Positions 40,443 through 50,346 of a stretch of 64,000 nucleotides of DNA are shown one piece after another. Both the position numbers and the translations under genes were made by a program. The first letter of the stretch is position 1; the number at the start of each line of letters is the position of its first letter. Origin of the DNA: Diplonema japonicum (lineage: Eukaryota; Protista; Euglenozoa: Diplonemea); the NCBI GenBank assembly GCA_964019335.1, contig OZ025654.1:744001-808000 (forward strand), in the 5' to 3' direction. The notes beneath the pieces are model-generated. The model was not told the DNA's origin, did no database searches, and was given only the letters and a program-made list of their open reading frames with translations.

Positions 40443-42734
40443 ATGAGGCAATTTACAGTGCTACTGCTGGCGCTGTCAGCAGGTGCATGGAATCTCAAGG
40501 AGAGGCCATGGATGGACAATCGTCTTCCGGTTGACCAGCGTGTTGCTGCACTCCTACCAAAGTTGAATGTCGAGGAACTGTCTGCACAAGTACGAGCACC
40601 CAATTCTGATAACGCAGACACGCTGATCGCACTGTATGCCAACCTTAGTGTTGGGACGAGCACGCTACTGTCGATTGCTGATATAAACAAGGTGCAGGCC
40701 GCAGTGCTGAACAACAGCAGGTGGGGTATCCCAGTCGCTTGGCAGCATGAGTCACTTCACGGGGGATGCTTCGGTGGAACTGTGTTCCCCATGCCTCTGT
40801 CCTTGGGTTCTACATGGAACACATCACTGCTGCTAAGCATCTACGATGCCATCGCCAACGAGACTCGTGCCTGTGGGGCAAACATTGCCTTCGCGCCTGT
40901 TATCAACCTTTTCAACGACCCGCGCTATGGCAGGTTCGAAGAGGGTCTCTCGCCCGACCCCGCACTCACAGCATTGTACACAAGGTACACAGTGCTCGGG
41001 TTGCAGGGATCCATTGCAGGGAATGCTTCGACCTACCTACCACCGGGTAAGGTGGTCTCACTTGGGAAGCACTTCATGGGATATGGAGGCGGATCGGGTG
41101 GGCTGAACTCCGGAATGCTCCATGCAAGTGAAAGGGAGGTAAGGGACGTCTACCTGAAGCCATGGAGGGAATTCGCTAAGTGCGGCGGCAGAGGGGCTAT
41201 GCCCTCGCACCAGACTGTCCTTGATGTCCCCATGCATGCTAATGACTATATGACTAACCAAGTGTTCAGAAAAGAGCTTGGTTTTGGAAATGGGCTCACC
41301 ATCTCCGACTGCAACGACGTTGGTGTACTGGTAAACTTCAGAGTGGCACACAACGCCTCAGATGCTGCTGCAAAGGCCCTCAAGGGTGGCGTCGACCAGG
41401 ATCTGCAATGTGGACAAGAAACATACACATACACTAACATTAAAGCAGCTCTCGACAGCGGGCTCCTTGACTTGTCAACACTGCAGACTGCAGTGAAACA
41501 CGTGCTCACTATGAAGTTCGCATCTGGCCTGTTTGAGAACCCGTATGTTAACCCTGCTGGAATGGATCACCTCGATCCCCCAGCATACAGGGCGCTTGCA
41601 AGAGAGGCTGCAGAACAATCGACGGTGCTGCTGAAGAATGCTGGCAACGCACTCCCACTTCCGGCAAACGCAAACTGGGCTAACACTGCGATGGTCGGGT
41701 ACCTTGCATCTGATGCTGCATACTACTCCCTGACGGGGCCATATTCTTCCCTCGGGGCGCCCATTGAAACGTACAACAGCACATTCTTCCCAATGCACGT
41801 CAAGTACTCGGAAGGCGCTCACCCCGACACCCCTGCTGACCCTGCCATGATTAACAGTGCTGTGCAGCTAGCGAAGTCGGCTGAGCGTACACTCCTTTTC
41901 TTAGGCGACTCGATCAACACATGTGGCGAGTGGATGGACAGGTCTGACCTCGACCTGCCTGGCGGGCAGACAGAGCTACTCACCCAGATGGTTGCCAGCA
42001 AGGTGCCAAACCTCATTCTGGTCCTTGTCGGGGGGCGACCTGTCACTTTCGGTGTAAACAACACACTGCTGAACGGTGTGAGTTCTGTATTGTGGGTGGG
42101 CCGTCCTGGTGAGGCAGCAGGGTCTGCCTTGTGGAACATTTTGACAGGTGTTACGAACCCATCAGGCAAGCTGCAAGCTTCATGGGTCAAAAATGTAGGG
42201 CATGTTGGGAGCGGTGCTACACCGTTCCAGCAGCCTATTGTCGGGAAGTGGGCAGCAAACCAACGGACGCCCGCAGACCCCGACGGGAGGGTCTATGATA
42301 ACTACGTGTTCGATCCTAACGGTGAGGCGTCGCCCCTGTTCCACTTCGGTTATGGGCTGTCCTACACGACATTTAAAGTGGACAAGATGACAGTGATGCC
42401 CTACAATACCCAGTCAGGGACTGTTACTGTGATGTACGATGTCACCAACACAGGGAGTAGAGCAGGCGCGGAAGTCACACAAGTGTACATTATAGACCCT
42501 ATTGGTGCACCTGTTGTCCGGCCCTGGAAGAGGTTGGTGCAGATTTCTAAGGAGTACCTGGAAGCAGGTGCAAGCACTACAGTGTCAGTCATCATCTCCT
42601 ACGAGGACCTTGCCCTCACCTCACTCGACATGAAGAGCATGACAGTACGGAGCGGCATCTACGCTGTACGTGTAGGCACCTCCTCTTACGATGACCAGGT
42701 TGCAGGCTACTTCACCTATGGGGCCGTTCCATGA
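40443..42734 (+). CDS. Secreted glycoside hydrolase family 3 (beta-glucosidase/xylosidase)
   Basis: Signal peptide, ESLHG, FPMPLSLGSTWN, DPRYGRFEE, LGKHF, ISDC nucleophile, FHFGYGLSYTTF and an Fn3-like C-terminus. Confidence 0.95.
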   Translation: MRQFTVLLLALSAGAWNLKERPWMDNRLPVDQRVAALLPKLNVEELSAQVRAPNSDNADTLIALYANLSVGTSTLLSIADINKVQAAVLNNSRWGIPVAWQHESLHGGCFGGTVFPMPLSLGSTWNTSLLLSIYDAIANETRACGANIAFAPVINLFNDPRYGRFEEGLSPDPALTALYTRYTVLGLQGSIAGNASTYLPPGKVVSLGKHFMGYGGGSGGLNSGMLHASEREVRDVYLKPWREFAKCGGRGAMPSHQTVLDVPMHANDYMTNQVFRKELGFGNGLTISDCNDVGVLVNFRVAHNASDAAAKALKGGVDQDLQCGQETYTYTNIKAALDSGLLDLSTLQTAVKHVLTMKFASGLFENPYVNPAGMDHLDPPAYRALAREAAEQSTVLLKNAGNALPLPANANWANTAMVGYLASDAAYYSLTGPYSSLGAPIETYNSTFFPMHVKYSEGAHPDTPADPAMINSAVQLAKSAERTLLFLGDSINTCGEWMDRSDLDLPGGQTELLTQMVASKVPNLILVLVGGRPVTFGVNNTLLNGVSSVLWVGRPGEAAGSALWNILTGVTNPSGKLQASWVKNVGHVGSGATPFQQPIVGKWAANQRTPADPDGRVYDNYVFDPNGEASPLFHFGYGLSYTTFKVDKMTVMPYNTQSGTVTVMYDVTNTGSRAGAEVTQVYIIDPIGAPVVRPWKRLVQISKEYLEAGASTTVSVIISYEDLALTSLDMKSMTVRSGIYAVRVGTSSYDDQVAGYFTYGAVP

Positions 42735-43397
42735 CCTTGATCTTTCCCCTTTTTCCTACGTCAGCTCTATTATTATTATTATGAAGGATCGTAATGCAAT
42801 AGAGGGACTGAGGGAAAAAAAGAAAACGAAAACGAAAACCTTTTTTTAAAACCCGCCGTTTTAGGGTTTGCTCCGCGGAAAACGATGAATGGAAAGATGT
42901 AATAGATAGATAAGAAAAAAAAAAAAAAAAAAAAAAAGAAATCAAAAAAAAGAAGGTAACTCTTTTGTTTATCATAAGCAGCAGCTTCGATATCACTTTT
43001 CTTTTACTATTGTATTTAAGACTCCCTTTCTTTCCAGCCCCCGTTCCCGTGTTGCCCCCCCTTTTTTTTTCATTGTGCCTTTTATTAACCCAACTCCGTT
43101 GACCCAGATTTTCCTTAAAGACACCTGAGTCCTTTTTTCTTCTTTTCTCCTTTCTTTCTTCTTCAGAGAAATGTCGAAAAGATTTCCAGAGGTCAACTGA
43201 GCAAACTTGACGAAAAACGAAGAAACGTGCCCTCCAGGGAAGTTCAATAAAATGGAAAATAGAGGTTAGCCGCTATCTAGCAGGCTGTCAAATTAGGCTC
43301 AGGAAAAGAAAGTGTGTGCAGGAGGTGGGGAAACGGTGCTGCCACCCAGCCACCTATTACCACCCAGTTTTTTTTTTTTTAAATTGAATATTGAATA

Positions 43398-43979
43398 CTG
43401 TAAAACAGAAAATGCCGGACGGACAAAACGTCCTTTGCCTCGTGTGTGGAGTTGATGTCCCGCACCCCTTGGGAGTGAGCGGGCAACCGCTTTGTTAATG
43501 CCAATGGGCGGACAAACGTCTGGGTTTCTGTCGCGTCCAACGAGAAGCGATTAACAATAGGAGGGGGTTTTATTTGGTTTTTTCTCCCCCCCCACTTTTT
43601 TTAACCCAAAGCATCCCATTACCCCCTTTATTCACGTTTTCGCAGTTCGTCGTTTTCATATCAGTCTACCCTCAACAGTTAACAATCACACAGGTTATGG
43701 TTCTAAGTGTGGGACAAAGCTGCCTCCGCAGCTGATACACAAAGGTAGGGCTGAGCCCCCATCTGGACAACAGTACCCACATGCTCCGTCCTGAGAGTGG
43801 TACCCCTGCAGACTGGAGCCTTATGGCTTCCCAAACACTGGTCGCATCAGACGAAGATAGTGTTCTCCCTATAAGCCCCTCATCTGAAAAAAATGCTGAG
43901 GAGAAAAATCCGGAGTGACCCGGGGGGAAAAAAGAAAAGCCCCAGATATTTTTCTTTACCAGATTTTTTCGCTTTACAG
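43398..43979. mobile_element. MITE-like element with TA target duplication (Tc1/mariner-type ends)
   Basis: TA|CTGTAAAACAGAAAAT ... ATTTTTTCGCTTTACAG|TA; related copy at 7402-7543; no ORF. Confidence 0.65.
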
Positions 43980-44064
43980 TATTTCTTTATTTGAAACACC
44001 CTCTACTTCGCTTGCTTCTCCCCCTTGTTGGTTCTATGTTTTGTGAACAAAAAAAGGGGAAAAC

Positions 44065-44109
<45 letters not shown>

Positions 44110-44353
44110 ATTTATTCATGAAAAATCAAATTACCGTGGAGTCTCGTTTTTTAACGAGTGGTTTTGCTTCACTCGCTTCGCTCATGGAGCTAAAGAAAAA
44201 AAAAAAAAAAAAAAAAAAAAAGAAAAAAGTTAAAAAGATGCTAAAGTGCGAAGAACACGGCACAAGAAAAGCTTTCTTTCTTTCCTCTCTGCTTGGTTTC
44301 CTTATCTCGTTTGTGACCCCAAGAAGGTGTGGAAAAAATAAAAGAAAGAAATA

Positions 44354-45112
44354 ATGATGTATGATGTCGCGGTCTCTGAATTGGGGGTGTCTTTGAACGA
44401 GAAGTACAACTTCAACTTGAAAAGCCTGGAAATGCTGTGGGAAGCTTCAGCAGATGAGAACACAGAAGACGTGAGCATCGTGCCAGAATGGGACTCCGAT
44501 GTGATCCTGCAGCGGAAGTGGCCTGTCAATGCAGGTATCAACATGTGCGACTTGGAATGGTCCCCTTTTGCTGCTGACGAAGTAGAGTGCATCATGACAA
44601 CTATGCAGCAAACACCATTGTTACCCGATCCAGTACTTATGATTGGGATTCAGACTGAGCTGAGGTACTCAGAGTCACCTGTGTACGTGACTCCCATTTT
44701 CTGTGTAGGCAGCCACAAGCTGGTGTATGATCTTGCAGACGATATTAGTATGGTGCTGACTCTAATGGACGACAACCTCGTCTACCCCTTGCCCAAGCAC
44801 GTGAAGAACCATGTGCACATGAAGGTGGCAGACTCCGAAACCGCCATCCTTCCTACTATCCTTGTAGACATCATTCGCTTTGCAACCATCGCCCACAAGG
44901 AGAATACAAAGGCGTACATCCACTGTGTGGCAGGTGTGAATAGGACGATGCTTGTTATGTGTGCGATCTTGATGGTTTGCCACCGGCTCCCGTTGCACAT
45001 GGCCGTTCAGTATGTGCGTGCGAAATGCAACTACACAATCCTGTTGAACAAAACGTTCAGAAGGGAGCTGGCTACCCTGGAAAAAATACTGAATGAACAC
45101 ACTTGCAGCTAG
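44354..45112 (+). CDS. Dual-specificity protein phosphatase
   Basis: HCVAGVNRT (HCx5R), upstream general-acid VADSE, and downstream AVQYVRAK..LLNKTFRREL. Confidence 0.88.
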   Translation: MMYDVAVSELGVSLNEKYNFNLKSLEMLWEASADENTEDVSIVPEWDSDVILQRKWPVNAGINMCDLEWSPFAADEVECIMTTMQQTPLLPDPVLMIGIQTELRYSESPVYVTPIFCVGSHKLVYDLADDISMVLTLMDDNLVYPLPKHVKNHVHMKVADSETAILPTILVDIIRFATIAHKENTKAYIHCVAGVNRTMLVMCAILMVCHRLPLHMAVQYVRAKCNYTILLNKTFRRELATLEKILNEHTCS

Positions 45113-45362
45113 CAGGGTGGGTGTTTTTTTAGTGCAATGGGTCTTCACCCCCCAACCCTTTTTTCCCCCCTCGCGCTACTTACGTATTCGAACTCAATGG
45201 AGAGAGGGGGTTTTTTTTCCCCCCCTCTTACAGTTCTCGTCTGCTTCCTCAAAAAGAATAACTTTTTACTTATTTTACAAACCGCAGGGCATTCCTAACT
45301 AGCCTTATGTATGCAACGTGGCATGAACTATCTACTAACTTCTTTGAACAAAAAAAAGGAAG

Positions 45363-45393
<31 letters not shown>

Positions 45394-45889
45394 AACAAAA
45401 GCGCTTCTCAGATAGCTATAAAACCCTGAGGGGAAAATCACTGGACTGCTGAAGCAGACAGGTTTTCCCGTCGGAACTTTGTTTTACGATACAACCAATT
45501 CTTTCCGTCCCTTTCCCCCCTGTTCCAACTTTCCAGTTTGTAATTGATCAGCGCATGGCAATCTTTTCTAGGACCGTCCCGTGTGATTTCAAAAAAAATA
45601 AGCTCCTCTCGTTTTCTTCCTTCTTTGTGTCCTCCCTTTTGTCGCATTTATGAAGAGGTAGTGAGCCTAGACAGCGGGTAGAAAGAATATAAAGTCGCAG
45701 ATGCCCAGAGGCCAGTCCCGCCCTGTGCAGACCCTTGGGGACTATTTCGCTTTCCCCACATCCTTTCTGTTGCCTGTTCTTTCTCTATTCTTCTATGCCT
45801 CTTTTCCTACTCTTTTTTTTCCCCCCTCTCCTTTTTTTCTTGATGTGCCACAGCACTGTTGCACATTTAGTGATTCCTTCCCATCCTCA

Positions 45890-46326
45890 AATGCCACCTC
45901 AAGACTGCAAAACGGAAAGAATCCTGGCAACCTGTGTTGACATATATCTTTGCAGTTCCCGTGATCGTGGGGAATCTGACCGCTTTGTTCCATCTGCTTT
46001 ATACACGTAGGCTACATAGGAAACTAGCAGAAACAGCAATGTACTCTTATGGGCTGTCACTGCTGCTTGGCACTACGTGATGTCGTTGCAGGAGGGTATC
46101 CGGTTCTGGCCTGGTTTTGTAGTGATCATCGATATATTTGTTTGGTTTTGTAACCAAGGTAAGTATGGTTCGCAATCTTGTAACTATGGTTGCCCTTTGG
46201 TTCGTCCTCTTAGGGGTTGAGAGCTACTTGAGGTTTGGACTGTTTGATGCATCTCATTTTACTACACAAAAGTACCGGCGAGAGCTGTGTGACCGCGTCC
46301 TAAAACTTTATCCTATGTTCTCTTAG
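45890..46326 (+). pseudogene. Decayed multi-TM gene fragment
   Basis: Hydrophobic segments over shifting frames (..RFWPGFVVIID.., ..VALWFVLLGVESYLRFGLFD..RRELCD) with stops. Confidence 0.4.
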
Positions 46327-46622
46327 CCGCCGCAGCAAGTGTAGCTGTTTTCCCGCTTCCTCGGTCCCGCCTTCATGATCACCAAAGCTCTGTGCAAGCA
46401 CGCTGTAGTGCTCTCCACCCACGGCACTACAGCGTGGGTCCCTTATAACGAGAAGCTCTCATTCACGCCCATCACACCCCCTGCTCAGGCAGCGTCGTAT
46501 TATTGCTGATTCAAACCCAGGGGATTTTGTACTGGATGCGCAGGCTGATGCCATTGTGACCTGTTTCTGCAGGATCACCATCTTCTTTTCCCACCCTACA
46601 CCCTTTCCCTTTTTTGCTACCC

Positions 46623-47180
46623 ATGTTCGATGCCCTATCAGCTATGAACGTATTTGTGAAATGCGAGGACGGCACTACACGGTGCTTGGAAGTGGACCCA
46701 AAGGGGAAGGTACGGGATTTGCGGCAGGCAGTGGCAAATGAGCTTCGGCTGTCCGGAGAAAGCGTGGTGTTGAGGCACGAAGGAGAAGTGATGGAAATAG
46801 AGCAAGAGCTGCAGGCAACAAGTCTGGTGGGGGGTGACGAGGTGGCGGCGGTTGTGGATGAGGCATGTGGAAGCAGTGATGTGCTGCGTGCATGGGAGAT
46901 ACCTATATCAAGCAAGTCGCTCATCGAGGCAGCGAAGATGGGTGACATGCATGTGGTACGCCTTCTCTTGGCCACCAACGAGGTCACTGTCAGCAGCACA
47001 CATAATGGCTTCACCCCCCTTCATGCTGCGTCCCGTGCTGGCTACATTGACATCGTCAACTTCCTCTTAACAAAAAGGAGCATGCCCCTTCACAAGGACG
47101 GTTTCGGTTGGACCTCCATTGACCTCGCCGCTGTGAACGGGCACTTTAAGTGTGTAGCTGCTCTAAAGGCACACGCTTGA
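46623..47180 (+). CDS. Ubiquitin-like domain plus ankyrin repeats
   Basis: MNVFVKCEDG..VRDLRQ..LRHEG; GFTPLHAASRAG and GWTSIDLAAVNGH. Confidence 0.85.
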   Translation: MFDALSAMNVFVKCEDGTTRCLEVDPKGKVRDLRQAVANELRLSGESVVLRHEGEVMEIEQELQATSLVGGDEVAAVVDEACGSSDVLRAWEIPISSKSLIEAAKMGDMHVVRLLLATNEVTVSSTHNGFTPLHAASRAGYIDIVNFLLTKRSMPLHKDGFGWTSIDLAAVNGHFKCVAALKAHA

Positions 47181-47571
47181 AGTATATGCATCGATACATT
47201 TTTCTTTACACTTTTCTAGGCGATCCTGTCACATACTGCAAGTTCCCATCAAAACATCTTTTTTTTTTTTTTTGTTTTTTTTGGTTCAAATATTTATCTT
47301 TCAAAAAATGATTTTATAACTATATGCAACTTGTGCCGAGCAAAAAACTTTCGCAGCTTTTTAAAAACCTTTTTTGCTCGTGCGAACAACAAAGACATAT
47401 AGTCATAAAGAATTATTTTTTTTGGCATTTCCAAGCCAGAAAAAAAAAAAAGGAAACAGCAAAGAGAGTGCTTTGAAGCCTGTTCCAAAGCCCATTTTGT
47501 AGTAACCTCACGACTTTCCAGTATTTGAAGTAGCGCAGGAAAAACACTGAAGGTACACTAGCAAACACGAG

Positions 47572-48951
47572 ATGAATACACATTGTTGTCTTGCGGTGAT
47601 GTTGATGCTGATGACATATCTGCTTGCATCAGTGCTTCTGCATGTGACGCACGAGTCAAAACCAATTGTGATAAGTTCGGAAAACAAAAACGGGCAGCCG
47701 GGACCGAGCAGCATCAAGGGGAAATTGCTGAAGAGCGAGAACTGCGTTCAGAACGCGACGTGTGAGTACTTCAAAGACATCTTGGTGGTGATCCATCTGA
47801 ACCCACAGAGACTGGACTGGCTCCCACAGGTCATGGCTTATACGAAGTTGTTCGTACCGCAGATGATATTTACCTCCCTGCCTCATCCTGCCCGCACCAA
47901 GAACCTCACGCAAGAAGAGCGGCGGCAGTACCTTGACTACCTGTACCTTGGTCCTGACAAGGTGCCTGTGCATCTCATCGACAATAAGTATGGCCTCTTC
48001 GGCGACCACAACGATCTGGTCATGGCAATGAAGCTCTTCCCTGGTTACAAGGGGTACTTATACTGGGCTCATGAAGATACACTTGTCGGGTTTTGGAACT
48101 TCTTGAGATTAGACAAGAGGTCGGTTTGGCACCAGAAGATTGAAGTATTTTTCTCGTTCAACCATGCTCTGCAAGCGTGCAAACCGAAATTGCGGAAGCC
48201 GTATCGAAAAGCAGGCTCCAGAGTGAAGATAGGGAGTAAAACTCGATGTATAGTCCCGATGATCGCAGAGGAGGCGCGAGACTGGCTGAACCTTGAGGCC
48301 GCTAGACAAGAGATCAAGAACATCTCCGAGGCAGATTACAATCGCATCCAGCCTGGGGTGACCTTTGGGATTCCTGTGTACTATGCACCTGGAAGTATTT
48401 ATGAAAAGCTTGAGAGGTACTCAAAGATCTTGTACCACGCTGATGGAGTGAACGAGTGGTCGGTCCATATTCTGTTGTCGGCTGCAGGAGACAGACCTGC
48501 AAATATATTGAACTCTCAGAACATATGGCCCGGCCAGCTACCAGGGAGGTTCCACCCAGTCCATGAGTTTAACTGGGGCTTAGACTTCTCGCACCCTACG
48601 AGAGCGACGGGTGAGCTGTTTTCTCGGATTACCGACATGGCTTCGAAGGTGCAGATCACACCTGATGGTCCTCATGTTACTAATTTGACTGCTTTCTGGT
48701 CCACACCCTTCACTTGTGATGAATACCCTGATGTGCAGCCATTCAGCCACGAAAGAAAAGGCCGCTTCCACACGTGCTCGCCTGGGTGCCCTCATGGTGC
48801 CGCCCCGGTCCCAATAACTTCACGCAACGGTGCTGTCTGCGTGCGGCACAACTGCACCCCGCCGACAGAGCATCCTTTTGAGGGCTTCTGGAGCGCTGCA
48901 TCGCACGATTTGATATTCGGAACATATGCTAAGTTGAATGTAAGCTCTTGA
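47572..48951 (+). CDS. Type II membrane protein, STELLO/DUF288-like putative glycosyltransferase
   Basis: N-terminal signal anchor; FKDILVVIHLN, FPGYKGYLYWAHEDTLVGFWN and a late FSHP. Confidence 0.65.
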   Translation: MNTHCCLAVMLMLMTYLLASVLLHVTHESKPIVISSENKNGQPGPSSIKGKLLKSENCVQNATCEYFKDILVVIHLNPQRLDWLPQVMAYTKLFVPQMIFTSLPHPARTKNLTQEERRQYLDYLYLGPDKVPVHLIDNKYGLFGDHNDLVMAMKLFPGYKGYLYWAHEDTLVGFWNFLRLDKRSVWHQKIEVFFSFNHALQACKPKLRKPYRKAGSRVKIGSKTRCIVPMIAEEARDWLNLEAARQEIKNISEADYNRIQPGVTFGIPVYYAPGSIYEKLERYSKILYHADGVNEWSVHILLSAAGDRPANILNSQNIWPGQLPGRFHPVHEFNWGLDFSHPTRATGELFSRITDMASKVQITPDGPHVTNLTAFWSTPFTCDEYPDVQPFSHERKGRFHTCSPGCPHGAAPVPITSRNGAVCVRHNCTPPTEHPFEGFWSAASHDLIFGTYAKLNVSS

Positions 48952-49086
48952 CTTCTGAATTGCTAAACTATAACTCCCTTTCTATGGTCTTAATTACAAA
49001 GTACCGAACCGGTAACGATCTGATTTTCTTTTCCTTCTAGTGTCGCCCTTTCTAATTATCTTAGGCAATCTTTGCTTTCTTCCAAA

Positions 49087-49590
49087 ATGCCTTCTTCGCT
49101 CTGCCGCCTCTCATGACGCTGTTCTGATGTACTTGTCGCGTCTGCTGTCTGCAACCAGACGGAAACCTGTGATACAATCAGCAGAAATAGAGGACACGGG
49201 ACTGAGCAGCAGGAGGAAATTGCTGAAGAGCGAGAACTGCGTTCAGAATGCGACGTGTGAGTACGACGTCTTGGTGGTGATCCATCTGAACCCCCAGAGG
49301 CTGGACTGGCTCCCGCAGGTCATTGTCCAAGAATTCCTCCTCCCGCTCAGTCTACAAACTCAACTGGGGTTTAGAGTTTCACACCCCTCGCACCCCTGAA
49401 CTGTTTTCTTGGATTTCCCGGAATACCGACATGGGTGCGGATCGCTCTGCTGGCCCCCTTCGAAAAGTCAGCTGATCGACACCTTTCACTTGTGATGGAT
49501 GGGTGCTCTTATGCGAAGTCATTCACGAAGAAACAGTTTGCTTCCAGTGCTCGCCTGGGTGCCGCCCCAGCCCCAATAACCACGCACAAC
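49087..49590 (+). pseudogene. Internally deleted tandem copy of the 47572-48951 gene
   Basis: ~49200-49323 matches ~47702-47833; degenerate matches to ~48560-48830 follow directly. Confidence 0.8.
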
Positions 49591-50346
49591 AACAGGGTTG
49601 TTGCTTCTTTTGTTATGCCTGTAGGTGGCTCCAGTACTCTGCACTGGCAAAATTGAAAAAAAACCCATATCACCACTACCATGTGACCCCCTCCCTCCCT
49701 CCCTCTTTGCCAAACGTTCCTTCAGGGGGGAACTATATGAAAAAATACATAAGAAACTGCTGGTTCAGTGGTCAAGCCTGCAAACACGTGGTGAGGTAGT
49801 GGTCAAAAATATCCTCCTCAGCGGACTGACAAATTCCCAGGATACGAAAAAAAACTCAGGCCTTTATCCGCACAGCACCTTTACGTGTAAATAGGAATAA
49901 ACGGCGAAGGATTTTCGGATTTAGAACTTTCCCCAGGGAGCATCGAAACGACATAGAAAGGATTGTTCGCAGATTGTTTTCCCCTTTTTGCCACCAACGC
50001 TGGCTTTTCTGAGCTAGTTATTATTTTCGAGACGACTTCTTTGAAAGCCAAGCGAACAAAGAAAAAAAGAAATGTGCCTAAATATATTTTGTAATTAATA
50101 TAGGCCTTCCTCCCTCTTTTTAGCCTAACGGGCAGCAGGGCGTTATATCTTCTCCTGCACCTGCAGCAACCCCAAGCTTGCCCCCAGTCCCACCAGCAGT
50201 CCTCACAATGCCTCTTCCACAAGTTGGCCACAAACCAACAAGTTTATCAAGCTTATTTTCCCTAGCCTTTCCCCCACCCTATTTTTACATTTATTTCTGC
50301 AAAAACCTTCATTTAACCCTTCAGGTTTCATCTTTATAACAAACCG

